DNA of 64,000 nt from an uncultured Prevotella sp. (GTDB taxonomy: Bacteria; Bacteroidota; Bacteroidia; Bacteroidales; Bacteroidaceae), in the NCBI GenBank assembly GCA_905235325.1, contig CAJOLE010000012.1, positions 5,768-69,767 of the forward strand, read 5' to 3'. Both the position numbers and the translations under genes were made by a program. The stretch's first letter is position 1. Every line of letters starts with the position of its first letter. Positions 39,157 to 49,505 of this stretch are shown here, one piece after another. The notes under the pieces are model-generated. The model was not told the origin of the DNA, did not search any database, and saw only the letters and a list, made by a program, of their open reading frames with translations.

Positions 39157-41307
39157 TTATATTTCCAGACGTAGTTCACACACAGCCCCCGGGGTCACGG
39201 TCTTACCAGCCGCTATGCTTTGCGACTTCACCTTGCCACGGCCGACGAGAGCCACCTTCATGCCACGGCTCTCCAGCTCGTAGACGGCATCGCGGGCACC
39301 CATTCCCGTCACGTCGGGAACAATCCCCTTGTTCACCTTCGCCGTCTTCGGGGCTTCACCCTTCAGTCCCAGACGATTCAGCACGTATGAGGCCGCACCC
39401 TCGTCGCCGCCCTTCACGCCGGGCGTGAAGTTCGACGTGGAGTCGCGGGCGTCGTCAATCAGCCGCTTCACGTTCTGCGCCATCACGCCCTCGGCGATGT
39501 GGCGGAACACCACGCCGCTCATGCCGCCGCCGGAGGCGGGCAGTCCGCGCTTGCGCAGACAGACGATGCACGAATAGCGCGGCTCGTCGGCGGGGAAGAA
39601 GCCAGCGAAGCTGAGCCAGTAGCGCGTCACGCCCGAGTGGTAGCCGCCGTGCTCGTCGGCTATCTGGGCGGTGCCCGTCTTGCCTGCCACCTTGAACGAG
39701 CGCGACAGCGGGGCAGCCTTGCGTCCCAGGCCCTGGCTGACGACGTGCTCCAGGATGGTCTGCATCATGGTGATGGTCTCCGGCTTGGCGATGCGCTCCT
39801 TCAGCACCACGGGCGGGTATTCCCTGATGGTCTCGCCGTCCTTCACCAGTCGCTTGACGAACCTGGGCTGCATCATCCGCCCGTCGTTGGCGATGGCGTT
39901 GTAGAAGGCCAGCGTGTTGATGGGTGCTATCTGCGTCTCATAGCCTATCGACATCCAGGGCAGCGTCGTCTTGCTCCAGTACTTAGAGCGGTCGGTAGTC
40001 TTGGTGTCGGGCATACGTATGACGGGCGGACGGTAGCCCTCGATGGGCAGTTTCAGGTCTTCATGAATGCCCACGCGGTAGAGTCCCTCGACGTACTTCT
40101 CGGGATGGCCGCCGTAGAACCGGTCGATGACGTGGCTCGTGCCGACGTTCGAGCTGACTTCCAGCGTGCGTGCCACGTTGATGTCCTGATAGCCGCCGCG
40201 GCGCCAGTTGTGGTCCTTCATCAAGCGTCCGTGCATCTCGACCACGCCGCTGCCCGTATGTATGATGTAACTCGTGTCGTTGGGAATCACGCCGTCGTCG
40301 AGTGCGACGAGCAGCGAGGCCACCTTGAACACCGAGCCCGGCTCGCAGCGGTAGCTGATGGCCGAATTGATAGCCTCGGCATACTGTCCGTCGGGCATTC
40401 GCATCATGTTGACGATGGCCTTCACGTCGCCCGTCTCCACCTCCATGACGATGGCCACGCCGAGGTCGGCATTCACCTCGGGCAGCTTCATCTCGTCGAT
40501 GAGTGCGCGCTCGGCCAGGTCCTGCATGTTCACGTCGATGGTGGTCACGATGTCGGCTCCGTCGACGGGGGGCTGCTCGGTGATATTCATAAACCTGTTG
40601 AGCACCTTCTGGCGGTGTACCAGTCCGTTCTTGCCGCGCAGCGTCGAGTCGAACGACAGCTCCAGGCCGCAGCGGGCGGAGTCGATTTCACCGTACATGA
40701 TGCCTATCGTGCGCTTGGCTAAGGTATTGAAGGGGTGGTTGCGGGCGTTGAACTCGTCCCAGTGGAATCCGCCCTTACCTACCGAGAGGTTAAAGATGGG
40801 CAACTTCTTGAGCAGGGCGAACGTGTTGTAGTCGATGCGTTGTTTCCATACCGGCCAGTGGCGGGCCCCGACGGTGCCGTCGCGGTTCACCTTGTTACGC
40901 CCCTCTTGCAGGCTGGCCTTGAACTCGCTGACCGACTGCTGGGGGAAGATGTCGTTCAGGCCCACGCAGAGGCTGTCGATCTTCTCGTCCCAAAGCTGGT
41001 TGACCCTGTTGATGGAGGCAGTGTCCCAGGGGACGTTCTTCTGACGGCCGGGCTGGAAGTCCACGAACACCTTGTACTCAGGAATGGAGCTGGCCATGAG
41101 CTGTCCGTCGCAGCTCAGTATGTTTCCCCGGTTGGGCTTCACGGGAATGGAGTCGAGCTTCAGCTGCTGCTGGACAGCCATCCAGTAGTCTTTCTCGACC
41201 GTCATAATGTAGAGGGCCTTGCCGATGATGGCAACTCCGATAACCGTCAACGCCAGCACAATGGCGAAGTATCGCGGCATGACCTTATTACTGTTGAATT
41301 TACTCAT
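39157..41307 (-). CDS. ftsI: Class B penicillin-binding protein with PASTA domain
   Basis: EPGSVFK, SSN, KTGT motifs; C-terminal VPDVTGM. Confidence 0.93.
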   Translation of the reverse strand: MSKFNSNKVMPRYFAIVLALTVIGVAIIGKALYIMTVEKDYWMAVQQQLKLDSIPVKPNRGNILSCDGQLMASSIPEYKVFVDFQPGRQKNVPWDTASINRVNQLWDEKIDSLCVGLNDIFPQQSVSEFKASLQEGRNKVNRDGTVGARHWPVWKQRIDYNTFALLKKLPIFNLSVGKGGFHWDEFNARNHPFNTLAKRTIGIMYGEIDSARCGLELSFDSTLRGKNGLVHRQKVLNRFMNITEQPPVDGADIVTTIDVNMQDLAERALIDEMKLPEVNADLGVAIVMEVETGDVKAIVNMMRMPDGQYAEAINSAISYRCEPGSVFKVASLLVALDDGVIPNDTSYIIHTGSGVVEMHGRLMKDHNWRRGGYQDINVARTLEVSSNVGTSHVIDRFYGGHPEKYVEGLYRVGIHEDLKLPIEGYRPPVIRMPDTKTTDRSKYWSKTTLPWMSIGYETQIAPINTLAFYNAIANDGRMMQPRFVKRLVKDGETIREYPPVVLKERIAKPETITMMQTILEHVVSQGLGRKAAPLSRSFKVAGKTGTAQIADEHGGYHSGVTRYWLSFAGFFPADEPRYSCIVCLRKRGLPASGGGMSGVVFRHIAEGVMAQNVKRLIDDARDSTSNFTPGVKGGDEGAASYVLNRLGLKGEAPKTAKVNKGIVPDVTGMGARDAVYELESRGMKVALVGRGKVKSQSIAAGKTVTPGAVCELRLEI

Positions 41308-41764
41308 CTCCGTTTCCGCTTAAGAATCCTCGTTCGGGTATATTTATTATATAAGGTGGCTGCGGACTGGCGTGCAGCAGCGAGTCGTGGTTCTCCCTGA
41401 GCACCCGCAGCACCTGGCTCTCTCGGCAGCGCTCGGTCAGCGTGCTCGAGCTCGACAGGGCTTTATACTTGGCATCCTTCAGCTCGCGCTCCATCTTGTC
41501 GATCTTGATGATGTCCTGCTGGCACTGATAGCGGAAGGCCACGTAGACCACCGTGAAGAACGCGATGAGCACCAGCGACCAGATGTTGCGACGCACCAGG
41601 CCGGCCGACAGGATGTCGCCTCCAAGAATCTTGCGTAGCGTCAGCGTTCCCACCGGCACGGTGTCGCTTTCGCTCACGCTCTTCTTGAATTCCTTCAGCT
41701 TCTCCAGTGCGTTTTGCTTTTTCGCCTTCAGCTCTTCCTGGATGTCAGTTTGCTCTTCTGCCAT
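41300..41764 (-). CDS. ftsL: FtsL-like cell division protein
   Basis: TM segment plus coiled coil between rsmH and ftsI. Confidence 0.75.
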   Translation of the reverse strand: MAEEQTDIQEELKAKKQNALEKLKEFKKSVSESDTVPVGTLTLRKILGGDILSAGLVRRNIWSLVLIAFFTVVYVAFRYQCQQDIIKIDKMERELKDAKYKALSSSSTLTERCRESQVLRVLRENHDSLLHASPQPPYIINIPERGFLSGNGDE

Positions 41765-41768
41765 GAAT

Positions 41769-42683
41769 CTATATTCGTTCTGCAATTCTCAACTTGGCGC
41801 TGCGGCTGCGGGGGTTGCGCTGCTGCTCGTCGGCGGACGGTACGATGACCTTGTTGTTCACCGCGCGGAACGGCGACGCCATCCGTCCGAAGAAGTCCTG
41901 CTCGACCCGCCCTTCGGCATTGCCGGCCTTCATGTAGTTCTTCACGATGCGGTCCTCGAGAGAGTGGTAGGTGATGACCGACAGACGGCCGCCCTTCCTC
42001 AGCACCTCGGTGGCTCCGGCCAGCATCTCCTTCAGAGCCTCCAGCTCGTGGTTCACCTCTATCCGGAGTGCCTGGAACAGCTGTGCCGTCTCCTTCTTCT
42101 CGCGCTCCGGCCTGAGCAGCCCCCCCACCGTCTTGAGCAGCTCGCCGGTGGTGGCTATGCGCTGCTGCGCCCGCGCCTTGACGATAAGCGCCGCCAGTCG
42201 CCGTGCCTGCTTCAGCTCTCCGTAGAGATAGAAGACGTCGGCCAGCTGCTGTTCGTCGTAGCTGTTGACGACGTCGGCGGCCGTCGTTCCGGCACGCTTG
42301 TTCATCCGCATGTCGAGGGGCGCATCAAAACGGAAGGAGAAGCCGCGCGTCACGTCATCGAAATGGTGACTCGAAACGCCCAGGTCGGCTGACAGGCCGT
42401 CGATCTCGCTGACACCGTAGTAGCGCATCCACTGCTTGAGATACCTGAAGTTGCTCCTGACGAAGGTGAACCGCTCGTCGTCGACGATGTTCTGCTCGGC
42501 GTCGGCATCCTGGTCGAAGCCGTAGAGATGTCCGTTCGGGCCCAGTCGCCGCAGGATCTCCCGGCTGTGGCCTCCGCCGCCGAAGGTGACGTCTACATAG
42601 ATGCCCTCAGGTTGGATAGCCAACCCGTCAATGCTTTCTGTCCGAAGCACTGGTACATGATATGTCTCCGCCGTGACAGTCAT
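41769..42683 (-). CDS. rsmH: 16S rRNA m4C1402 methyltransferase
   Basis: HVPV, TFGGGGHS, DLGVSS, FQALRIEVN, HSLEDR, NPRSRSAKLR. Confidence 0.97.
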   Translation of the reverse strand: MTVTAETYHVPVLRTESIDGLAIQPEGIYVDVTFGGGGHSREILRRLGPNGHLYGFDQDADAEQNIVDDERFTFVRSNFRYLKQWMRYYGVSEIDGLSADLGVSSHHFDDVTRGFSFRFDAPLDMRMNKRAGTTAADVVNSYDEQQLADVFYLYGELKQARRLAALIVKARAQQRIATTGELLKTVGGLLRPEREKKETAQLFQALRIEVNHELEALKEMLAGATEVLRKGGRLSVITYHSLEDRIVKNYMKAGNAEGRVEQDFFGRMASPFRAVNNKVIVPSADEQQRNPRSRSAKLRIAERI

Positions 42684-42687
42684 CCGT

Positions 42688-43155
42688 TCAGTATATCTCT
42701 GCAGGAGATGTCTCCTGCCCCATAATGCTTTCAAGCGCCTTGCCAAATTCTTCACTACTCATCTTCGTTGCCTCTGCCTTATCATTGGCCCAAATCTCGA
42801 TGGTGTCGTCCATGCCTATGAACTTCACGTCCTGCTGGATGCCGGCCATCTGGAGATAACGCTTGGGAATCAGGAACCGGCCGTTGCCGTCGAGCGTCAC
42901 CAGTTCTACTTCAGAGACAAACTGGCGGAAGATTTGCTGATGCTGGGCGTTATACCTGTTCAGCTTCCGCCGGAGCGTGTCCTGCTGCTCGTTCCATACG
43001 CTCTCGGGATAGAGCACAAGGCAGGGCTGGAAGATGTCTTTCCGCAGTATCAGCGTTTCGCTGCCCGATGCCTGTAGCACCTTGCGGAAAACGGCTGGCA
43101 GAAAGGCTCTTCCCTTTACATCCGTCTTGGCTTCTATGTTACCTAAAAAGCGCAT
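42688..43155 (-). CDS. mraZ: Transcriptional regulator MraZ
   Basis: DVKGRAFLP and LDGNGRFLIP SpoVT/AbrB repeats; first gene of dcw. Confidence 0.95.
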   Translation of the reverse strand: MRFLGNIEAKTDVKGRAFLPAVFRKVLQASGSETLILRKDIFQPCLVLYPESVWNEQQDTLRRKLNRYNAQHQQIFRQFVSEVELVTLDGNGRFLIPKRYLQMAGIQQDVKFIGMDDTIEIWANDKAEATKMSSEEFGKALESIMGQETSPAEIY

Positions 43156-43182
43156 AAGTATTTAATGTGAAGAATTCAGCCA

Positions 43183-43225
43183 CAAAGTTACACATTTTCC
43201 CCCACATTCCACCACTTCACTCCAC
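43183..43225 (-). promoter_or_regulatory. dcw promoter (-7 element) with three MraZ-box-like GTGG repeats
   Basis: TAACTTTG at 43183-43190 on -; ccac at 43202, 43212 and 43222 (10-bp period). Confidence 0.7.
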
Positions 43226-43383
43226 TTTTTTCAAAATTTAACATCTTTTTATTGATTTAGAGCGGTTTTGTCTCAAAGAGCACGACAATCTCAACCGAAT
43301 CTTGCACTTTTTCGGAAAAAATGTGTCATTTTTCAAAGAAATATGTTACTTTTGCAGCACGATTGACAGCAATTACGAAAAAA

Positions 43384-44241
43384 ATGGTTACAGTAAACGA
43401 GAAAACAGTCGACATTGATAACATTCTGAAGTCAAAGATGGGGAGCAAGGCCCGCTTCTTGCCCCGCCCGCTCGTCACGTGGCTCAAGCGCACCGTCCAT
43501 CAAGACCAGGTGAACGCCTATCTGTGGGAGAGCCGCCACCTCGTGGGCACCGAGTGGCTGGAAGAATGTGTCAGATACCTGGATGCCACGCTCGACATCG
43601 TCGGCGCGGAAAACCTGCCCGACAAGAACGACGGGCGGCACTACACCTTCGTCTCGAACCACCCCCTGGGCGGTGAGGACGGCGTGGCCCTCGGCGCCAT
43701 CATCGGCCGCCACTACGACGGGCGCTTCCGCTACCTCGTCAACGACCTGCTGATGAACCTGCCCGGACTGGCGCCGCTCTGCATACCCATCAACAAGACG
43801 GGCAAGCAGGGTCGCGACTTCCCGAAGATGGTGGAGGCCGGCTTCCAGAGCGACAACCACATACTGATGTTCCCCGCCGGCCTGTGCTCACGCCGGAAGA
43901 ACGGCATGATACGCGACATCGACTGGAAGAAGACGTTCGTTGCCAAGAGCGTAGAATACAAGCGCGACGTCGTGCCCATCCACTTCAGCGGCCGGAACTC
44001 CAACTTCTTCTACCGGCTGGCAAACTTCTCGGACAGGTTCCTGCCTTTCAACCTTGCCATGCTGTTCTTAGTCGACGAAATGTACAAGAACGTACACAAG
44101 ACCTTCCGCGTCACCATAGGCAAGCCCATACCCTGGCAGACCTTCGACCACAGCCGCAAGCCCGCCGAGTGGGCGCAATGGGTCAAGGAGCGCGTCTACG
44201 AACTCGGCGAAGGCCAGGCGTCCGGAAAAGAACAAGAATAA
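43384..44241 (+). CDS. glsA: PlsC-type acyltransferase (GlsA-like, glycine lipid O-acylation)
   Basis: NHPLGGED (HX4D), MFPAG; paired with a GNAT gene, divergent from mraZ. Confidence 0.75.
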   Translation: MVTVNEKTVDIDNILKSKMGSKARFLPRPLVTWLKRTVHQDQVNAYLWESRHLVGTEWLEECVRYLDATLDIVGAENLPDKNDGRHYTFVSNHPLGGEDGVALGAIIGRHYDGRFRYLVNDLLMNLPGLAPLCIPINKTGKQGRDFPKMVEAGFQSDNHILMFPAGLCSRRKNGMIRDIDWKKTFVAKSVEYKRDVVPIHFSGRNSNFFYRLANFSDRFLPFNLAMLFLVDEMYKNVHKTFRVTIGKPIPWQTFDHSRKPAEWAQWVKERVYELGEGQASGKEQE

Positions 44242-44278
44242 CAACCCCGGAACATCTCTTGCAAAAACAGGAAACCCC

Positions 44279-45268
44279 ATGGAACAACCCATCATCGCCC
44301 CCATCCCCACGGATGTGCTCCGCAGCGAGCTGACCCCCGACCGCCAGCTCCGCATGACCAACAAGAGCAACAACGAAATCTACGTCATCACCGCCCATAA
44401 CGCACCTAACGTGATGCGCGAGATAGGCCGACTGCGCGAAATCGCCTTTCGCGAGGCCGGAGGCGGGACGGGCAAGGACTGCGACATCGACGAGTTCGAC
44501 ACCTGCGAGAACTGCTACAAGCAGCTCATCGTCTGGAACCCCGAGCAGCAGGAGATTATCGGCGGCTACCGCTACCTCATCGGCACCGACTGGGAGCTCG
44601 ACGCCAACGGGCAGCCCATCCTGGCCACCAGCCATATGTTCCACTTCAGCGAGAAATTCCTCAACGACTATATGCCCTACACCATCGAGCTGGGGCGCTC
44701 GTTCGTCAGCCTGCCCTACCAGAGCTCGCGCATGGGAGCCAAGAGCCTCTTCGCGCTCGACAATCTCTGGGACGGCCTGGGCGCGCTCACCGTCATCAAG
44801 CCCAACGTGAAATACTTCTTCGGCAAGATGACCATGTACCCCTCCTACATACGCAAGGGGCGCGACATGATCCTCTACTTCCTCAAGAAGCATTTCGACG
44901 ACAAGGAGAGGCTGATCCTGCCGATGAAACCGCTGAAAATCGAGGCTGACCCCGCCGAGCTCGAACAGCTCTTCTCAGGCAAGGACTTCAACGAGGACTA
45001 CCGCATCCTGAACCGCGAAATCCGAAGGTCAGGCTACAACATTCCGCCGCTGGTAAACGCCTACATGACCCTCTCGCCAACGATGAAGCTCTTCGGCACC
45101 GCCATCAACTACGGCTTTGGCGACGTCGAGGAGACGGGCATCCTCATCGCCGTGGAGGAAATCTTCGAGCAGAAGCGCGTGCGCCACATCGACTCCTACA
45201 TCCGCCAGCACCCCGAAGCGCTAAAGATTACCAGCGGAGCCAACAAGGTTATCTACAAGGACCGATAG
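44279..45268 (+). CDS. glsB: GNAT N-acyltransferase (GlsB/OlsB-like)
   Basis: EIGRLREIAFREAGGGTG, IIGGYR, IELGRSFV, IPPLVNAY. Confidence 0.78.
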   Translation: MEQPIIAPIPTDVLRSELTPDRQLRMTNKSNNEIYVITAHNAPNVMREIGRLREIAFREAGGGTGKDCDIDEFDTCENCYKQLIVWNPEQQEIIGGYRYLIGTDWELDANGQPILATSHMFHFSEKFLNDYMPYTIELGRSFVSLPYQSSRMGAKSLFALDNLWDGLGALTVIKPNVKYFFGKMTMYPSYIRKGRDMILYFLKKHFDDKERLILPMKPLKIEADPAELEQLFSGKDFNEDYRILNREIRRSGYNIPPLVNAYMTLSPTMKLFGTAINYGFGDVEETGILIAVEEIFEQKRVRHIDSYIRQHPEALKITSGANKVIYKDR

Positions 45269-45361
45269 CCCTGCGCCGACGTCCGCGCAGGCACGGCACA
45301 GGCCGGCAGCCCGAAGGCCACGGCCGAAAATCCATCGAAAGCAAACATAAGTAACAGCAAG

Positions 45362-45418
45362 ACACTGCCCCTGCCCCTCCCCTCCTTTCCTTGCAAAGAA
45401 GGGGAGGGGCAGGAGTGT
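45362..45418. terminator. Long hairpin between convergent genes (terminator or REP-like)
   Basis: cctgcccctcccctcttt-like arm pairs with aaagaaggggaggggcagg; no U-tract. Confidence 0.5.
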
Positions 45419-45420
45419 AG

Positions 45421-47112
45421 TCAGTACTTGAAGGATGAGCCGCCGAGGAACTCGCGGAGCAGCGAGGTGGGCGGAATCTGAGTCTCGGGAATGGGCCTGA
45501 TGTAGCGCAGGAACTTCAGCAGGCGGTAGGCCTCGGCGTATTCAGGTACGTTCTCGGGCACCTGCTCCAGCAGCGGCTCGGCCTGGCGCTTGATGACGGC
45601 CAGCTCGAAGAGCATGGCGGTGTTGAACATGGCGTCGGCATTCTCCTGGTAGGGGAAGATCCAGCGGTTCTCGCCGGCCCTTACCGACGGCCAGCGGCGG
45701 ATGGTCTCGACGGCCGATACGCCGCGGTACTTGAAGTCGCGGACGATGCGGCGCAGCAGGCGGTTGTCGGTCGTGGGTATGTAGTTGTGGTGGTCGAGCA
45801 GCAGGGTGGTCAGCGCCGAGGCGTAGATGCGGAACACCTGCTCCTGCGGCACCTGGGCCATCAGCTCGGGGTTCAGGGCGTGGATGCCCTCCACGATGAG
45901 CACCTCGTCGTCGTGCAGGCGCAGTCGGCGGCCGCTCATCTCGCTCTTGCCTGTCTGGAAGTTGTAGCGCGGCAGCTCCACCTCCTCGCCCCTGAAGAGC
46001 GCGTTCATCTGCTCGTTGAGCAGCGGCAGGTTCAGGGCGTGCAGGTGCTCGAAGTCGTAGTCGCCCTTCTCGTCGCGCGGCGTCTTGTCGCGGTCGAGGA
46101 AGTAGTCGTCGAGCGATATGGGGACGGGCTTGATGCCATTGACGGCCAGCTGGACGCTGAGGCGCTTGCACGTCGTCGTCTTGCCGCTCGACGACGGTCC
46201 GGCAATGAGCACCACCTTGGTGGCGAGGCGGGGGCTGATGCCCGACGACCCACGGCGGCGGCCCGCAATCTCGTCGGCAATCTGCGCAATCTTCTTCTCC
46301 TGCAGGGCTTCGCTGATCTGGATGAGCTGCGAGGTGTAGCCCTTGTCGACGACCTCGTTCAGGTCGCCGATGGTGCGCAGCCCGAGTATGTCCTGCCAGC
46401 GGTGGTGCTCCTTGAAGATGCCGAACATCTTGTCCTGGTGGGTCATCTCGCCCAGCTCGTCGGGGTGGTCGGCCGAGGGCAGGCGCAGCAGCAGGCCGTC
46501 GAAGTACTTCTCGAGTCCGAAGAGGTAGAGCTGGCTGGTGTTCGTCAGCAGCGCGCCGTAGTAATAGTCCTTGTAGCCGTCGATTTCGTAGTAGGTGGTA
46601 TAGAGGCGCCCGATGCTCTTGAGGAGTTTCACCTTCGAGATGGCCTGATGCTCGCCGAAGATGCGGATGGCCTCGTCGGTGGTGGTCTCATGGCGGTGTA
46701 TGGGCAGAGCGGCGTCGATGATTTCCTGCATCCGGCGGCGGATGCGCCCGGCATCGTCGAGCGTCACGGGGTGGTCGAGGCTCAGGTCGACGTAGTAGCC
46801 GTTCGACACGGGTATGTCGATCGACACCTTCGCCCCGTCGTAGAGGTCGTGGACGGCCTTGCAGAGCACGAAGAACAGCGAGCGGGTGTAGGCGCGCAGC
46901 CCGCTGGTCGACGTCAGGTCGAGGAAGTCAACCTCGCGCGGGTTATACACACGGCAGTGCATACCTTCGACCTTGTTGTTGACATGTGCCAGCACGGGCG
47001 TGCGCTTCATCTCGAGGCCCGTCAGGGTGTAGATTTCCTCCAGTGTGGCGCCCATCGGCACGCTTACAGTCTGCCCATTGTTGCGGCAGTAGATTCTTAC
47101 TTGTTCGTCCAT
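45421..47112 (-). CDS. Nucleoside (uridine) kinase with a ThrRS-like N-terminal region
   Basis: TGS/ThrRS-like N-terminus; AGPSSSGKTT, SLDDYF, VEGIHALNP, SLLREFLGGS. Confidence 0.88.
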   Translation of the reverse strand: MDEQVRIYCRNNGQTVSVPMGATLEEIYTLTGLEMKRTPVLAHVNNKVEGMHCRVYNPREVDFLDLTSTSGLRAYTRSLFFVLCKAVHDLYDGAKVSIDIPVSNGYYVDLSLDHPVTLDDAGRIRRRMQEIIDAALPIHRHETTTDEAIRIFGEHQAISKVKLLKSIGRLYTTYYEIDGYKDYYYGALLTNTSQLYLFGLEKYFDGLLLRLPSADHPDELGEMTHQDKMFGIFKEHHRWQDILGLRTIGDLNEVVDKGYTSQLIQISEALQEKKIAQIADEIAGRRRGSSGISPRLATKVVLIAGPSSSGKTTTCKRLSVQLAVNGIKPVPISLDDYFLDRDKTPRDEKGDYDFEHLHALNLPLLNEQMNALFRGEEVELPRYNFQTGKSEMSGRRLRLHDDEVLIVEGIHALNPELMAQVPQEQVFRIYASALTTLLLDHHNYIPTTDNRLLRRIVRDFKYRGVSAVETIRRWPSVRAGENRWIFPYQENADAMFNTAMLFELAVIKRQAEPLLEQVPENVPEYAEAYRLLKFLRYIRPIPETQIPPTSLLREFLGGSSFKY

Positions 47113-47290
47113 TGTATTGACAGTTTTTGGTTTTCTTCTTATTGGATGGTGCAAATTTAGGCAATTTTTCTGAGATTAACGTCTTTCGGGGCAAAAACTT
47201 TTGCTTTTCATTCCCACCCCTCGGTTTCAATCACCTTGATGCGCCGGTCTGTCAGTTACTGACCCCACCTGTTTTGCCGGCACAACTTAC

Positions 47291-47620
47291 AAAACCCGCC
47301 GCCTTTTCGGCAAAACCCGCCGCCTTTTCCCAAAAACCCGCCGCCTTTTCCATTCAGCCCATCAACCTCCAACCTCCAACCTTCAACCTTAAACCTTCAA
47401 CCTCCAACCTCCAACCCCAGGTGTCGGTTCAGGTGTCGGTTCCCCCTCCGAAGGCAGTCTTCGAGGGCTGTTTTTCCCGATGGAACCGCACTTTTTTGCA
47501 TATATAGTTGTCATTCGCAGGTTTTATCCTACACTTCCTACACTTCCTACACCTAAAAAAAGTCGGGCAGGTGTAGGGAGTGTCGGAAGTGTAGGATGTT
47601 TACTGCCATTCATAATCAGT
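47291..47620 (+). repeat. Composite intergenic module, copy 3
   Basis: 21-bp units at 47291/47312/47333; caacctc x8 at 47363-47418; aggtgtcggttc x2 at 47419-47442; tatatagttg at 47501; IR 47524-47554/47569-47597 with 2 internal mismatches. Confidence 0.9.
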
Positions 47621-47736
47621 AGGGCTAAGAATCAGTGTGCCGCAAACCGATTACATCATATTTTTTTGCAAACATGGTGGTTATTCCGAAAAAAAGTTGT
47701 AACTTTGTCGCCGAAAAGTATTAAAACCAAATTTTT

Positions 47737-49476
47737 ATGTCCATCGGGATATTATTCAAGCTGCTCGGCTCGCTTGCACTTCTCATGTTTGGTATGAAGG
47801 GCATGAGCGAGGCTCTGCAGAAAATGGCCGGACCGCAGCTGCGCCACGTCCTCGGGGCCATGACCACCAACCGCTTTACGGGAATGCTGACGGGTATGCT
47901 GGTGACGGCATCCGTCCAGTCGTCAACAGCCACGACGGTGATGACCGTCTCGTTCGTCAATGCCGGCCTGCTCACGCTGGCCCAGGCCATCTCGGTCATC
48001 ATGGGTGCCAACATCGGTACGACGCTGACGGCTTGGATCATGTCGGCCGGTATGTCGTTCGACATCAGCATCGTGTCCTACATCGGCTTCTTCCTGGGCA
48101 TCATCCTGATCTACATGAAGAAGCAACGCTACATCGGCGACTTCCTCTTCGGGCTCGGACTGCTGCTGCTGGGACTGACGACCCTGCGGCTGACGGGCAA
48201 CGAGATGGACCTGGGGCACAATGAGGCCGTGTTAAGCTTCTTTGCCTCGTTCGACCCCGACTCGTTCCTCACGACGATCATCTTCCTCATCTTAGGCGGC
48301 ATACTGACGTTCTGCGTGCAGTCGTCGGCAGCCGTCATGGCTATCACCATGATCCTCTGCTCAAGCGGCGCACTGCCCATCTATCAGGGCATCGCCCTGG
48401 TGATGGGCGAGAACATCGGCACGACCGTCACGTCGAACCTCGCCGCCCTGTCGGCCAACACGCAGGCCCGCCGCGCCGCCCTCGCCCATATGTTCTTCAA
48501 CGTCTTCGGCGTCATCTGGATTCTCTTCGTCTTCCGGCCCTTCATCGACATGGTGTGCGGCTGGGTGGGCTACGACGTGGACATCGTGAAGGAAGCCGTC
48601 AGCCCGAAAGAATTCCTCGCCAACGCCTCGAAGCTGACCTTCGTGCTGGCCGCATTCCACACGGCGTTCAACGTAGCCAACACGTCGATCCTCATCTGGT
48701 TCATTCCGCAGATTGAGCGATTCGTCTGCTGGGTCATCAAGCCGAAGAAGGTGGACGAGGAAGAGGACTTCCGCCTGCACTTCATTACGGCTGGCTTCAT
48801 GAAGACGCCGGAGCTCTCCGTGCTCGAGGCTCAGAAGGAGATCCGCTCCTTCTCCGAGCGTATGCAGCGTATGTTCGGCATGGTCACCGAGCTGCTCACG
48901 CTGTCGAGCAGCGAGAGCGCCAAGAAGAAGGGAGGCAACGAGCCCGACTTCAACAAGCTCTACTCGCGCATCGAGAAGTATGAGAGCATCAGCGACAACA
49001 TGGAGCTGGAGATTGCCAAATATCTCGACACCGTCAGCGACGCCCACCTCTCGGACGACACGAAGGCGAAGATCCGCGCCATGCTGCGCGAAATCTCAGA
49101 ACTGGAGTCCATCGGCGACGCCTGCTACAACATGGCACGCACCATCTCGCGCAAGTACAACGGCAAGCAGGACCACTTCACCGAGAGCCAGTATGAGCAC
49201 ATCCACCAGATGATGGGGCTCACCGACCAGTCGCTGTCCGAGATGAACCGACTGATGGGCGGCCGCAAGGAGAGCTACGACGTGAACCGCACCTTCAACA
49301 TCGAGAACGAGATCAACAACTACCGCAACCAGCTGAAGGCGCAGAACATTGCCGACATCAACAACCACGAGTACACCTACGCCGTGGGTACCATCTACAT
49401 GGACCTCATCAACGAGTGCGAGAAGCTGGGCGACTACGTGGTCAACGTCGTCGAGGCCCGCATGGGTATCAGATAA
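47737..49476 (+). CDS. Na+/Pi cotransporter family protein with PhoU-like C-terminus
   Basis: VQSSTAT, GANIGTT, VQSSAA, GENIGTT, ECEKLGD. Confidence 0.93.
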   Translation: MSIGILFKLLGSLALLMFGMKGMSEALQKMAGPQLRHVLGAMTTNRFTGMLTGMLVTASVQSSTATTVMTVSFVNAGLLTLAQAISVIMGANIGTTLTAWIMSAGMSFDISIVSYIGFFLGIILIYMKKQRYIGDFLFGLGLLLLGLTTLRLTGNEMDLGHNEAVLSFFASFDPDSFLTTIIFLILGGILTFCVQSSAAVMAITMILCSSGALPIYQGIALVMGENIGTTVTSNLAALSANTQARRAALAHMFFNVFGVIWILFVFRPFIDMVCGWVGYDVDIVKEAVSPKEFLANASKLTFVLAAFHTAFNVANTSILIWFIPQIERFVCWVIKPKKVDEEEDFRLHFITAGFMKTPELSVLEAQKEIRSFSERMQRMFGMVTELLTLSSSESAKKKGGNEPDFNKLYSRIEKYESISDNMELEIAKYLDTVSDAHLSDDTKAKIRAMLREISELESIGDACYNMARTISRKYNGKQDHFTESQYEHIHQMMGLTDQSLSEMNRLMGGRKESYDVNRTFNIENEINNYRNQLKAQNIADINNHEYTYAVGTIYMDLINECEKLGDYVVNVVEARMGIR

Positions 49477-49505
49477 TCAGGCGAATCAGCCATCTCGCTA
49501 AATAC

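Noticed and set aside
27579-43155. Absence of murF and ddl from the dcw cluster
   Set aside because: Usual arrangement in Bacteroidales; these genes are normally elsewhere.
46220-46265. Possible insertion RRGSSGISPRLAT before the kinase Walker A
   Set aside because: No clear palindrome or match to the repeat families; cannot be supported without an alignment.
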